Shown here one piece after another: positions 38,272-52,445 of a DNA stretch of 64,000 bases. The stretch comes from Chiloscyllium plagiosum. Taxonomy: Eukaryota. The position numbers and the translations under genes were made by a program. A model generated the notes under the pieces. That model was not told the DNA's origin. It did no database searches and saw only the letters and a list, made by a program, of their open reading frames with translations. Location: assembly GCF_004010195.1 (NCBI RefSeq), contig NC_057755.1, forward strand, positions 5,935,474-5,999,473. Reading direction: 5' to 3'. The number at the start of each line of letters is the position of its first letter. Positions within the stretch are counted from its first letter, which is position 1.

Positions 38272-40790
38272 TTCACTTTATTAACTAACCGTGCCAATAT
38301 GTAATTGGATATCTCATAAGATTGAACTAGTTGCTGAAATTGAACTGGGCCACTGCATAAAGAAATCTGTTTGTGTGGCAACTGCAAGTCACCAGCATAC
38401 GTCTAACATGTATGAAGATATGTATAGAACCAATGCAATATTTGGGATTGTTCCTGCAATATAATACGCTATGAAGAAAAGAACAAATACTCACCATAGA
38501 AATATGAAGCTGCGGATATCGCGTAAAGTATAATCACTGACCTTCTTTGTTCTCCATTTCTGTGCCATTTTGATTCTCACATTTGATCTGATCCTTCAGT
38601 AGCTTACGGACATGACTAACCACTAAAATACGTCTGACTTTCAGAGCATTGAATAACAGAATTTTAAAAAAAGGGACCAATGACAATAAAACGGCATTAA
38701 ACCAGTCAATCCTTTTCAAGAAGTTCCAGTGTAAAATCTTCACTTGATCTCACAGAATCACAGGACATTTGCTAATGGTCGTTCCAGTGTGAAATGTGTC
38801 ATGGAAGGGGATATTCTTTACACAGAGCAGAATGCAATTGTTGACAGACCAGAGCAGCAGCTTTCACTGTGCAATACATTGATTTGAGCTTCTGGATACA
38901 AATGGCCACAAATCAATCAAAGATAAAAGTGACAGTAAACCAGACTGAACAGTGCTTGTCTGTCTGACTCATCACACACATTACACTGCGCATAGGAGTG
39001 CTGTTCAGGTAACATACAGGAAAATAATGATGATTCATTTATGTCTGTATGAACTCAGTTACCGGGACCAGGAGATCGGATATTATAATTGCTATCAGAT
39101 AGATCGTGGTGCATGAAGATAGGCCATATTTTCCTCGGGCTTATATGACAATTGCCAGTAAATTAACTGCATGTCAGGAAGAAGTACAGAAAAAATAGAC
39201 TGTATGTTACAAGTGAAATATACACTGTCAATCAAGGTAACACTGTAAAAGCATGAAATTTTAGTTGGTGCAAAATGAAACATTGAAGTCAACAAATCTC
39301 AGAGCCCAGATTGAGTCCAAAATACCAATGACTGTGGGTACTGAGTTTGGATGTAACACATCCATGAAATTGTCAATTCTAATACAAGAAACTTTGCTGT
39401 ACCTGGCACCTTACGAACTAGGACACTCGATAAACCAGAAAAAGTTAGGTACCTAAAATACCATAAAGTTAAGTGCATTATTCTGTCCAATTATTCCAGT
39501 TTTCTTCAAAGTTATTTACTTCAATGTTGATGTATTTGTTGCTCAATTGAATATTCAACTAAATATCAACAGTTGCTTCAATTTTGAATCAACCTTTCCT
39601 CAAATACCAATAAATTCAAGTTGTAGTTGACAAGCTGTCTGACATTCTGTGTTTTTTAAGGCAAAGTTGCATTATTGCTTCATTGATTTATGCTGTTAGT
39701 AACAGTGGTATGTATACACTGGGCACTGCTATTTTTAAAGACATAGTGCTTATTTTTACAATGATTATATGCACCTCTTGATTATCTGGAATATTTGATT
39801 TACTATCACATTCCTGATCCCACAGATATTTATTCCTCTCTTGATGCAGGTTCAGCCACACACAACTGTCCCAATACTACCTTTGTCAACCATAACATTT
39901 GTTGGCATTCATCTGTCATCTCTAACTTCATTTCCTTTGTCACGGAGGCTCAGTTAGCAGCAGCATTTTCGTTTCAGGGGATATTTTGCCATAACTCACC
40001 CAGGCTGTTCCTCAGCTCAGAAACTCACCAAAGATGCTCAAACAGAACTTTCCAGACTCACGACCACTTCCATCTAAAAGGTTAAGAGCATCCATTACTT
40101 GGGGACACCATCTCCAAGTTCTCTCCAAGCTACACACCATTTAGAACTACTTGGTCATTCTTAACGATTGCTGGTTCGAAATTCTGGATTTCCCTCGATC
40201 GGAGCGTTGTGGGTTAACCTCCAGCACATGGCTTGCAGCGGTTCAAGAAGGCAAATGACCCTCACCCTCTCAAGGACAACTAGGGATCGGCAATAGACAT
40301 TGGGACCAAGGAACGGCACCAGGGTTCCACCAATGAATAAAAAAAGTCCTTCCGGGCTTGTGTATTGTAGCTCTGATTAAAACTCGACGCTTCTGTTCCT
40401 CTCCTAATTCCTTGCTGTATAGCCTCACATCCATTCATCTATGCCTCAGCTATGTTGGTAAAGAAGATGACTTCTCTGTCTTATTCCTTCCACCTCAGAA
40501 TGTCCTTTGGCAGATTATTCACTTCCATGATTCTGTCATCAGGACAGAAACCTTTTAACTTTAGAGTCTCTTCTGCCACCAAAGTATTCCTGTGCATTTC
40601 CCCCAATGTACAACTCATAACAGACGTTGTCTTGCCAATCTTCTTCCACACCACATAACAGAATGGCTGAATGAAAGACAAATGCATGCAACGCATGGCC
40701 CCATTCACTTACCTGACGCACCAATGATGGAAAGGATCAGGTCATAGACTTTCATGACCATAGAAAATATTCGTACGATTTTCTGTATGC
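38272..40790 (-). pseudogene. GPR139-like GPCR pseudogene 4 (exon 1 ~40790-40713, exon 2 39166-~38272)
   Basis: Exon 1 MVMKVYDLILSIIGAS G|gtaagt; acceptor cctgacatgcag|TT AAT TTA CTG GCA ATT; *ARGKYGLSSCTTIYL; HCSVWFTVTFIFD*FVAIC; FNALKVRRILVVS; SCHTNRFLYAVAQ. Confidence 0.85.
39850..40345 (+). mobile_element. LINE 3' end with A-rich tail, inside a GPCR intron
   Basis: Similar to 1845-2095; ends aatgaataaaaaaa. Confidence 0.6.
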
Positions 40791-41019
40791 AGTTTTTTGC
40801 TGAGGGAAAACGCTCTGAGTGAAAATCTGTGGCATCACATTCCCAGTGAGTTGGATTTAAACCCATAGAATTGTCTGGGGCATACAGTGGTTGCAAAGTT
40901 AACTCCATGCCTGTAAGTAACTTATAGATAACAACATCCAATTAAACCCAGAACGTGGCAGAAATTATTTTGCTCTTGGTTTGGAATCAATACTCCAATG
41001 CTCCAAATACTGCATCTGT

Positions 41020-43222
41020 ACAGTCATATGGTCAGCATGGAAACTAACCATTCTGTCTACGTCGTTTATGCTGACCAGGTTTCATTAATGAACTTTCCCT
41101 TTTTCCTGCGTTTGGCCCAGTATTCCTTCAAACGTTCATTATTCATGTGCCCATCCAAATGTCCTTTCAAATTTCTAATTTTACTCAGCCACTTCCTCCA
41201 GCAGACCTTTCCATATGCACATACACTCTGTTTGAAAAAGGTTGCCCCTCAGGTCTCCTTTAAATCTTTCTCCTCAAAACTTAAACATGTGTCCTCTCGT
41301 TTTGGTCTCCCCTAACCTGGCGAGAAGACCTTGGCTATTCACTCTATCCGTGCCCCTAATGGTTATATCAACTTCCTGTGCTCCAGGGTATGTAAATCCA
41401 ACCTATCCAGCCTCTCCCTAATAATAACACACTCCGGTCCCAGTAACGGACCTGATTAGAAAGGGGACCAAGAGTTTTGGGGAGACGGAGGAGAATTGAC
41501 TTTGGAAACATTTCAGCAATGCTCGCATTTCATATCAGATTCGATAGATTGCATTGCCTCACTTGTTTCTATTGCTTCTGACTTTATGTATATTTCACAC
41601 TGTATGACATACATTGGAGATTGTCAAATTCATTGCTAATTGTGCTATCCATCTCACACAGGCTCACACACCTTAGTCCCCTTTGTGCTTCCAATATTCT
41701 TTCTGTCAAAAGCTTTATCATTGCAACAGCTACACTTCTCAAAAGCCTTCCTGGACGTCACTGCCCTGTGTAAAGATCAGGATGAGCCTATCACAATAAA
41801 ATGCATTCTCTGTGATCACCTTTTGCCAAATTCAGCCAATAACACATTTTACATCAATGTGAAGTCTCAATACATGTAAAAATTTGATCAAACGCAGCGC
41901 ATCAAACTTTCAGAACATTTTTAACACCAAGTAACCTCTTCAAATATATTGAGAGCCTTCAATGGACGGGGCACCTTCAACAATTCGGAAGGTATACACA
42001 CACTTCAATTGAGAAAGGATATAACAGGGTACTTTCTGGATGGCATGAAGTTAAATGCAGTGGATGTCCAAACAGACTTGGACATTCATAAATAATCAAG
42101 GAATCCTCATGTTTTCATCATTCACCCAGTCTACTGAATCCCTATGTAATTTAATGGTACTATTTGCACTGTTGGCAATGCTGCCTAACTTTGTGATTGA
42201 ATGCTGATGAAAGCCTTTTGTCCGAAGTGTCGGTTTTCGTACTCCTCAAATGCTGCTTGAACTGTTGTTCTTTTCTAGCACTACTCTAATCTGGACTGTC
42301 ATGGCGTCATCGTGTCAGAGTCCTACAGCACGGAAACAGGCCTTACAACCCTCACTGGTCTATGCCCATCAAAATGTCTGTCTGCACTGACCCTATTTCC
42401 CTGCACCTTGTCCATATCCTTCTGATCATTTCCCATCCATATACTTGTCTAACTGCCTTTTAAATGTTAGTACTGTACCCGCATCAGCAACTTACGCTGG
42501 CAGCTCATTGCATATTCTATCCTCTGTGCAAAAAAAATGGTGTCCCGTGGTTCCCTTTCATTCTTTCCCCTCTATCCTTAAACTGATGCCGTCCAGTCCT
42601 CGAATCACCAATCCTGGGAAAAAAACACTGAGTGATTTCTCCTTGTCCATGTCTCTCGTGATCTTGTACACCTCTATAAGATCACGCTTGCCGCCCGTGT
42701 ATCTTACAGTTCCCTGCGAAGTGCAGGGAAATAGTGTTTGTGTGGATTGACATGTTCGTCGGCACAGACCTGTTTGGACCGAATGGCTTGTCTCCGTGCT
42801 GTAGGACTCTAAGAAACAATGAACGGGTGCATAGGAAGCAGCTGTTCCTCTCAGTTGAAGGGTTAATGACAAGGGGCATTGTTTCAAAGTTAAAGGTTGG
42901 AGTTTTGGAGAAGATTGAGGAAGAGTTTTTCCACTCGGACGGTGGTAGGGGTCTGGAATGCACTGTCTGGGAGGGCAGCACAAACAGTAATCATAATAAT
43001 CTTCCAAAAGTACCTGGATGAGCATCTGAAATGCCGTAAAATTAACGGCTGTGTGCAAATTTCTGGAGAATGGGAGTTGCGGAGATAGATAAGCACAAAC
43101 TCCATGGGCTCAAAAGAATCCTGCTTGTTGTATTAATCTATGACTACTATAAATATCAGGTTGACATGGACGAGTTGGACTGAGGGACTGTTTCCTTGAT
43201 GAGCATCTCTATGACTCTATGA
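41020..43222. mobile_element. Cluster of CR1-type 3' fragments in both orientations, plus a decayed Penelope-like terminus (42200-42295)
   Basis: RDLIEVYKI and VWNAL motifs; ctctatgactctatga tails; ctgatgaaagccttttgtccgaagtgtcgg. Confidence 0.65.
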
Positions 43223-43454
43223 TAGCTTATCAAGCCTATTTCGAAGGTGAGAGGCAGGACAAGCTGCAGAGATGATTTAAGTGAGAGGGATTATCTGGCA
43301 AACAGGGTATAATTTGGGCGAATATGAAGATAGTAGGAAGAATAAAAACAATAATTTAAACATTGAATAACTGTAGAATTGTACAATATAGATAGATCTG
43401 AATATTCCAATAAGAATTACATTACCTTGAGTGCACAAGCAACTAGTTATTGGA

Positions 43455-43700
43455 TTAGATTTCCTACAGTATGAAAACAGACTATTTAGCCCAACAAGTC
43501 TTCTCCGACCCTCCAAAGAGTAATTCAACCAAACCCATTCCTCTCCATTTACTCCTGACTAACACTATGGGCAATTTAGCATGACCCATTCACCTCACCT
43601 GCACGTCATTGGACTGTGCGAGGAAAGCGGAGCACCCAGAGGATTACCACACAAACACAGGGAGAATGTGCAAAGTTCATACAGAGAGTCGTCGCGGGCA
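43455..43700 (-). mobile_element. V-SINE/HE1-like SINE
   Basis: V-domain-like cacctgcac..ggactgtg.gaggaaa.cggagcaccc..cacagggagaatgtgcaaa; same family as 57805-58040. Confidence 0.75.
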
Positions 43701-43789
43701 CGTTGAGCCAAGGGCCGCCCTGAATGCGAAGATAAATGAAATGCTATCCTCAATTACGTCGAGGAACTGAACATAACAAGTCATACAAT

Positions 43790-45560
43790 ACACCAGTTAA
43801 ACCTCAAGTTGCATTCTGTGTTCAGTTTTGATAGTTTCACATTAAGAAGATTGCACCAATATTGGGAACAATTCAAATAAGGTTTCCTTGAATGTGCAGG
43901 TTAACTTATGGGGAAAGATTGTTAGGTTTATTTTGTTATCACTGAAATTTGGAAAGGGAAATTGGTAGTTAGGTTGTTGAATATAAGATTGTGTTAAATT
44001 TTATTAGGTAAGAGACTGAGGTTTGGCGCCATGCAGTCATGCTGCAGCTGTAGAAAACTCTGGTGTAATTGCTCTTGGAGAATTGTGTTCAGTTCTGGTC
44101 GCCACATTATAGGAAGGATGTGGAAGCTTTGGAATGGGATCAGAAGAGGTTTACTAGGATGTTGCCGGGTCTGGGGAAGAAAGAGTGAGGGACTTAAAAC
44201 TGTTTTCGCTGCAGAGATAAAGTTTGCGAGGTGATATAATAGAGACATACAGGATAATCCGAGGGTGAGATAGGGTGGACAGTGAGAGCCGTTTTCCTCG
44301 GATGGTGATGGCGAGCACGAGGGGACATAGATTTAAATTGAGGGGGGATACATGTAGGACAAATGTCAGAGGTAGTATCTTTATCAGAGGGTTATAGGGG
44401 CGTGGAATTCACTACATGCAACAGTAGTAGACTCTCCAAATTTAAGGGCATTTAACTGATCATTGGATACAGAAATGGATGTGAATGGAATAGTGCAGAT
44501 ATGATGGGCTTCGTATTGGTTTCAGAGATTGGTACAACATTGAGACGAAGCGCCTGCAATGCACTGCAATGTTTTATGCTCTGTGTTTTGAGAACATTAA
44601 TACACTTACGAAGGCATGCACGGTCAGGATATTTATATCTTTTTGATGGTTACAACACTACAGGGAACTATGTTGAAAATGAAATACCCACTGTGAGGAT
44701 AGTGATTAGATGACTTCTATTCTCTCAGGATAGTCTTTCTGCCCCAGAGTGTAATAGACGCATAAGCATTGATCATTGTTAAAGTGCCAGAGGACAATTA
44801 CAGAGAGAGCTGTGTGTTTACAGAGAGATCTGTGTGTTCATTTCCATTATTTTTGGAGAGTTCTTGGTGCTCAGGTCCATTATTCCCTGAAGGTGGCAAT
44901 GCAAGTTAGTGGAGTGATCAACAAGGCATACGGCATGCTTTGCTTTATTGGACGGTGTATTGAGTACAAGAGTTGGCAGGTCATGTTACAGTTCTGCATG
45001 ACTTTCGTTAGACCACACTTGGAATGTAGTGTCCAGTTCAGGTGACCACATTACCAAAAGGTTGTGGATGCTTTGGAGTGATTGCAGAGGACGTTCGTCA
45101 GAATGCTGCTTGGTATGGAGCGCAATAGCTATGAGGAGAGGTTGAATAGATAAGTATTATTTTCATTAGAAATACGGCGGTAAAGGAGGGAAGTGATGGC
45201 GTTAAACAAAATCATGAGATGTATGGACAGGGTGGAGAGTGAGAAGCTTTTTCCCAGAGTGTGCAACTGAACGACGAGTGGTCATGATTTCAAACTGAGA
45301 GGAAAAGATTTCGGGGAGGCGTGTGTGGAACGATCCTTACACAGGTTGATGGAGACATTGAACATAATGCCAGCGGAGGTTATTGAGGTGCAAATGATAG
45401 CGTCACTTAAGATCTATTTGGGCAGTTACAAGAATGGACAGCGAGCAAAGGGATGCAGACCTTTAAAAAAAAAGAAAGCAGTTTTAGATAGAAGATCTGG
45501 ATCAGCGCATGCTTGGCGGGCAGAAGGGCCTATTCCAGTGCAGGAATTTTCTTTGTTATT
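43790..45560 (+). mobile_element. Several CR1-type LINE 3' fragments
   Basis: KAYGMLCFIGRCIEYKSWQVMLQ..VRPHLECSVQF and repeated 3' regions. Confidence 0.75.
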
Positions 45561-45564
45561 TGTT

Positions 45565-45750
45565 TTTCGCTCCGGTGTCCTCCCACAATCAAAGAATGTG
45601 CAGGTCAGGTGAATTGGTGGTGCAAACCTTCCCATAGTGTTCGTTGCATTGGTCAGGAGTAATTATAGTCTATGGGGATGGGAATGGGTGTGTTACTTCT
45701 CGGAGGATCGTTGTGGACTTGTTGGGTCAAATGGCCTGCTTCCGTACTTT
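45565..45750 (+). mobile_element. V-SINE/HE1-like SINE, 3' half
   Basis: gctccggtgtcctcccacaatcaaagaatgtgcaggtcaggtgaattgg..gtggacttgttggg. Confidence 0.7.
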
Positions 45751-46646
45751 ATGAAGGTAATTTACATCCAGACAAATCTTTGCCAAGTATAGGAATCGGA
45801 TATTATCATCAACAGATGGAAATATAAACATCAGGGAAAACACAATGAGTCGTGACATCAGAGAATCACAGAGGAGGCCAGAGGAGACAAAATCTTTGCC
45901 TCACGGTGAAATCACCAACCCATAGGTCAGAACTGTAGATTTCGAGTCTCCAGACTGTGCCTGATCCTTAAATACACGTTCCTAGCTGAGTCCTTCTCCT
46001 GGTCTTGTGCCACAGCAATCACCCTGTTCACGATCTGAATTTGGCCGGTCAGAGAGCCATGATTTCTCATTGCGGAAAAAAATACGAAATAGAATGTCAA
46101 AAAGTAAAAAGATTATATGTATGTTTATAGCTATACATGTGGGTGAGATGACAGTTGGATTTGCCCCTTCAGTTCTATGTCGGGCTATTGATTCTACAAC
46201 TTGACTCATCACAAGCTAAACACACTCTCACACTCATGTTTACACACAGACACACACACTCACGTATACACACACATTCACACACACGCAAACACTTGCA
46301 TACGCTGTCCTAAATACACATGTACACATATACATGCACACTTGTCCACACACACAAAGTCATATACAGAATTGCACACAGAGACAAAAGCAAACTCTCC
46401 GATAAACATGCACAGACACAGTCACTCTCACACGCATACAGTCACACAAACACACAGGCACATAAAAATAGCGCTTCATAAAATAGCTCAGTTCTTCTAA
46501 CTTTCTAATGTACCTCCACCCAAAACAGATTGAAAATGCCCGTTTCTCATTGGTGTGGTTTACCTTTGAGAATGAGGTACATATCCCATTCCTAACTTGG
46601 AAGCATTTCTACGTGCCTCTGTGATATTTTCAGTTGTGATTCTGAA

Positions 46647-49448
46647 TCAGTTCAATAATTGATGTAATTGGAAATTCACCAACTTTGTTAACTGTTCTCT
46701 AAACTTAGAATGAGTCGCCCGATAAATAATTGTGTTTATGCAGCAGTTCAAAACCTGTAGCACATCACCCACATTTTCAAAAATGTTTTATGAATATGTG
46801 TAATATTTATGATCCTTTCGTTGCATGCTATAATATAAAAAGTATATAGTATAAGTCAGCCACAAAGGAATGAAATTGCCGGATATTGTGAAGAGTAAAA
46901 TCACAGACTTCCTTCTGCTCTCCATCCCTGGGTCACTACGACTCGTTCTCTTGCTCTGACCCATCAATCCATTTGGGACTCGATTAGCCACTAAGATGTA
47001 ACAGCATTGAGCCACAGAACCAAAACAAATGGAAGCAATGGAGTTAAGACTTTATCAAACAAATCGAAACCCATCCATTTAGGTTGAATAAAGTACTCTG
47101 GTTTTAAATCACAGAACCAGGGGACATGTTCAATGATCAATCGAGGTTCAAATATGTAGTAAATTGGAACATTCATTAAACGGAACAGAATGCTGGCTGT
47201 CATTAGAATTCCTATGGCAGTTTTCTGAGTACAAAAGTTTGCTTTCAATGTCTGGCAACAAATGGCCACAAATCTATCAATGGAGAAAATGACAGTGAAC
47301 CATACAGAACAGTCAGTGGCTACCCTACTCACAACGTTAATAACAGTGCATACTGGAGTAATGTCCATAAAAGAACCAAGGAAATAATAATAACGGATCC
47401 TCCACAGAATAATCTCGCTGGTAATGAAAAGCAGATCTGCCAATGCCATGGCCACCATGTAGAAAGTGTTGCACTTCGGGAGACCACACTTACCCCGAGA
47501 GAGAATAATAATCGCCACCAAATTAACTGAAAGTCAGAAAGGAAAAATGGTATCTGTTATCTTAATTAGTTCTTTAGCCCAGTGATTATGATGCTGCATT
47601 TTAGTACCAAAACCAAATCAGAATATAAAATGTCAAGCGACCTCAATGTTTACAATTATCATCATGTGTTCCACACACTGCTCGATTGTGTACTACACCA
47701 TTGATTAATGATATACAGATGATTACATGACAATTTTCACATTTAAAAGTAATTGGTGTGAATGATTTGGCTTGTCTTGGATGCGTTGCATTTAAGATGA
47801 AACAGTCTTATTAGACGTTACACAAGACAAAGAGAATACAAGGCTGAAGGAGTAGCTAATCAACATGGATAAGATTCTGTGGGGCAGGGCAAGGCATGAA
47901 TACGGTGAATGCATTCAGTGTTTTTTTTTCCTGGGGTTGGGGAGACGAGGGCATTAGTTAAGGTGAGATGACAAATAATGAAAGGGAATGTGAGGGAATG
48001 TTTTAACATGGAGAGTGGTACGCATGTGGCATGAGCTGTGAGCAGAAGTGGTTGAGCGGGTACCTTGAAAACATTTGAAAGGCATTTGGACATATACATG
48101 GATATAAAAAAGGTTGGAAGGATATGTGCCGGGTGTAGGGAAATGGGGTTACTATGTATGGACATTTGAGAGGCCTGTCTCTGTACTGTCAGATTCTATG
48201 ATTCCATTACTCTGTGACAGGGTGGATAAAAGCAGCTGTTCCCCTCAGCCGAAGGGTTAATGACTTTAGTTTAAAGTGAAAGACACGAGATTTTGAGAAG
48301 AATCGCAAAAGATCGCTACCATTCAGAAGGTGATAGGGATCTGAAGTGGACTCCCTGGAACTGCAACACAAGCAGGAAACCTCATCATCTTTAAAAAGTA
48401 CCTGGGTGACCACTTTCAATGTCCCAGCATTTTAGGCTACGGGCCACGTTCTGGAGTAGAATTAGTGTATTAAGATCAGTACAAACATCATTCGCTTTCT
48501 GCTGTACGAATCTAAGACAATAATAAATGTTGTCAACAGCATATTGTCATGTGGATCAAGTGTTTCTGTCTGGTAACCAAGGAATCATCTCGCTCCTAGC
48601 TCTGCGATCTACAAATTATATAATATCGAACGTTCCAACCTTATATACCACAACTGAGCAAAACATTCAATTTGTTCAATTTCATCCAATTTACTGGATA
48701 TATTACTCATTGCACTCGGTAAGGTATGTGTTCTCAAATTCCAATTTTTGTCATAATAAAGTACAGTTGTGTCTCCTCGTGGGGCTGTACATCACTGAAC
48801 GACAGCTACAAATTGATTAATATAAGGACACTGAATGATCCGTACGCACAGGTCACCTCCAGGATACTCAGGTTTTGAGCTGATAGTTTGAAACTAATAT
48901 CCCACCAAGTACCTGCATGATTTTCTAAACAATATAATTCCACAGGCGTAGACTTTCCCTAGACAGAAAAAAGGCAGCAGAGCATTTTGCTCCTGAAATT
49001 GAATCTTACTCGGTTGAATTTTACACTGACGAGTACTGAAAGGAAAACAAAATCCTTCAGAAATTTCCCTGTCCTCAGGACCATTTCGCCATCCCAAGTC
49101 ATTTCTATAAAAGGTCATAAATTGTGAACTTCAGAAAAATGTTGATCTTAATTTAATCCAATGTAATAAAACTCAAAATTCAGGAGACATTTGAAAACTA
49201 TGGAGTTTTGTATTCAGTAGTGAAATGTTAAGGCTCAACTTCAATGGGATAAAACTTAAAATTCTGGAGACCTTTAAAACTAAGGAGTTCTAAGTTCAGT
49301 AAATACATAAAAACACTCACACGTAGTTTTTTCTTAAGATTCAAGTTGAAATATAAACGACAGATCCCCATTTCTACACATATATTCGTCACATCAATGA
49401 CTCACCAGGAACACTCAGGACAGCAAGTGTTGCATAACAGATTCTCAT
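46647..49448 (-). pseudogene. GPR139-like GPCR pseudogene 5 (exon 1 49448-49406, exon 2 47526-46647)
   Basis: Spliced MRICYATLAVLSVP|VNLVAIIILSRGKCGLPKC..MALADLL..TPVC..DCSVWFTVIFSIDRFVAICC..PWFC..PLLPF; frameshift near 47000; TAA 46788-46790; NCCINTIIYRATHSKFRE; canonical gtgagt donor and tttcag acceptor. Confidence 0.9.
47860..48520 (+). mobile_element. Two decayed CR1-type 3' fragments in a GPCR intron
   Basis: Similar to other 3' ends in the window; tails attctatgattc. Confidence 0.6.
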
Positions 49449-50499
49449 GGCACGGATAAATGCATCAAATATGTTTCCATTCAAGGTTACTATCCCTCCG
49501 TGCTGTGGGAAATTCTCTGCCTCAAATTACGAGTTATGACAATCACTGAAACTTTAATTTCTACCAGGTGAGCACCTTCAGGGAATACTGAAATTTCAAC
49601 ATCGTCAAATTAAATTTAGAAAAACACAAATTTACACATTTACAACCGCTAGTTCAGCCGCTGTTGTGCTAAAATATATTTAGCATTTGGAGTCACTAAT
49701 ATAATTTGGCAGATCGTATTTATCCCATTCAACATTGAAATGACCCATTGTGCAACCTGGTTTGCTTATCCTTACGACAGAATATAAATTTAAACAGGAT
49801 TGGGCATGTTAAAGTTGAACTTAAAAACGAACATGGGAACACGGTGAATTCCCACTTTACTCAGTAACCTCACATCTGACTGTATACTGAGAGGAAATCT
49901 GATCAACATGTCCTTCAAGTCCTGAGAGAAACTGCGCAAGGGTGAAATATACTTGGTATTGTTTGCAATAATTCTGTAACCTGATTTACAAAGTAATGAT
50001 TACTAACTCGGTAAACTCTAATCCTCTGCATCAATGTCACGTCGTCAGCAATGCTTCCTGCTTTTGTCAACCGAACCAGCAGACACGATCCTCCCTGATA
50101 TGTGAAACACGTACCCTCACAATCTCTGGCAAAACCAGATGATTGAATCTTTTTCACCACTTCCTTCACAATTAGTGCATTCATCATCTATGTTAGTGCG
50201 TACGGACGTTCACTCAATAACATTCATATGATGTAAGCTGCTCTGTTTTAACTTCTTTTCACTTCACCTGAGGACGTACTTCAACAGCTTATTATTATAA
50301 ATAACCCCATTGCATAACCGTGTGTCGTAAGATTTCTGACATTGTTATGTATCAAGGCAGCATTGTGTTCATAATTAACCTTCGCATCTTTAATTATAAT
50401 GCTAATAATAAGGCGCTGGAGGAACTCGGTCGATCTGGCAACCTCTGTGGAGAGAGAAACAAACTGAACATTTCAAGTCTTGTGATGAGCATGCAGCTG

Positions 50500-51320
50500 C
50501 TTAAAACATAGAACCGTCGGAAATAGATGCAGGAATAGGTCATTCGAACCTGCTCTACCATTCCCACCCATATGGAAAGAGTGCTCCCACTGTTCGGGGA
50601 GTCCAGAACTGGGAGGTCACAGTCTGAGCATAAGGGATAACACATTCAGGACTGAAGGATCATAGCCGATCATGTATTCCTAATATCCCATTCCCACGTT
50701 GTCTCCATACACGTTGACACCGTGAATGACATTATGAACGTGCAGCTCCCTCTCCAGCTGAAGGGAGTGAGTAGAAAACAGATCGATTATGTTGCAGCTT
50801 TATAAAGAGGTGGTGAAGGCACACCTGCAGTACTCTGTGCCGTTCTGATCTCTTTATATGAGAAAGGAAGTGGTGGCACTGGAGGGGGTGCAGAGGAGGT
50901 TCACTGGGGTGATTCCAGAGTTGGACGGGGATGGTTTCCTTATCAGAAGAGTCTGATTGACTGGGATTATGTTCATTGGAATTTAGGAAGATGAAGTGGG
51001 AATGCTAAAGAAATGTACAAATTGTGACACGAATAGATAAGATCGAAACAGACAGTATGCTTGAACTAGAACAAGAGGACATAGCCTCATAATTATGGGG
51101 AAAAAGATTTAGAACTGATTTGAAAAGGAGCTTCTTCAGCCAGAGGGTTGCAAATATGTTGAATCCATTGCCCCGTGAAGTAGTTGAACTTGCGCATTCA
51201 ATGATGTTAGGGCTAAGATGAATAGATTTTTGAACAGTAAAGGAATGAAGGATGACAGTGAGAAGGCAGGAAAGTGGAGCTGAGGCCACAGAAAAAAAAC
51301 CCACCCATAATCTTATTTAA
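50500..51320. mobile_element. Nested CR1/L2-type LINE 3' fragments
   Basis: VKAHLQYSVPF*S-like RT remnant; ttcttcagccagagggttg. Confidence 0.6.
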
Positions 51321-52059
51321 TGGTGTATGTCAGAAAACAGTGCTGAACCCTCCTATTAATGAAACCAAATACCAAGAAAAGCTCACCGCGTCTCTGGTCT
51401 TTCCAATTTGTCAGCTGCAAAATATGTTTGGCATTCGATTTGATTAGTTCCTGAAGAAACAGAAAATAAGATACGACTTAGAGCCACATCTGCCTCAGTC
51501 CGTTTTACAAATCAAGCACAGCTATACCCCAACATTACTTTGACAGACATTTACATTTTTGCAGTCGATTGTTCTCGAAGGAACCAGGAAGCCCCAGGTT
51601 ATAATTTGACCCCTTGGGAAGAGACGGCGTCGTGGTATTTCTGCTGGGTGTGTCATCCAGCAGCGGCAGTGATTCTCTCTCAAAAGTAGAAGGTTTGGGT
51701 TTAAGACCCACCTCTTTATGAGGTGCATCATAAAATGACAGAACGCATTAATTAGAGAAAGCAAAACGACCAGATACTTATCGCCATTCTGAAAAGCATT
51801 TCTCTATTGCCACTCTCTGTCTCCCATAACATTTCGTCAACGCTTATAAATTGTGACTTGCACATTCATCTGCTGTCACATCCTGGTGGCTTGATGATGC
51901 AGAGTCATTGGTGTGTGTTGAACTCTTACACGGGCTGGGATTACAACAAAAGACTCATCTCTAAACCTTTTCCCCCGGACCCCACCCCACCTGTGGCCTA
52001 GGGAATCTGAGGAGAAATCACTATGTGATCTCTCTAATGAGGGGGACAGCCTTTTGACC

Positions 52060-52445
52060 TGTTGAGGCTTTGGCTGCATTACCGTTTCTCTGCAAAAGCA
52101 GCTTGTATTGGAGGAATGCTACATTATCTTCTGCCTGGGCATCCCATAGCCCTGAAGACTCAAACTGGAGTTCTCTAAATTCAAAAAACTCCATCCCCAT
52201 CCCCCGACTCCCTTCCCAGCTCCTCTGGGTCCATTCTACGGCTCCATGCAACCAACTCGATTCTGTAGTTCCATTGATCATTTACTTGTCCTCAGTATCC
52301 CCAGTTCACAACCCTGACCTCACCATGACCTTTATCTTCAGCTCCTTCTACACCCATGCCCAGTCCTGAAGAATGGTTACACCCAAAACATCGACCTCTG
52401 CACTTCCTGGTGCTGCCTTACTTGTGTTCTTCCAGCAATCTTGCC
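52060..52445 (+). mobile_element. Penelope-like 3' end with decayed hammerhead-like core
   Basis: LEE..IIFCLG..PE..N.EFS-like endonuclease C-terminus; C-rich tract; CTGAAGAATGGTTACACCCAAAACATCGAC. Confidence 0.6.

Noticed and set aside
46991..47521. Assigning the symbol GPR139 to the best copy
   Set aside because: These are divergent paralogues; orthology cannot be shown from this sequence alone
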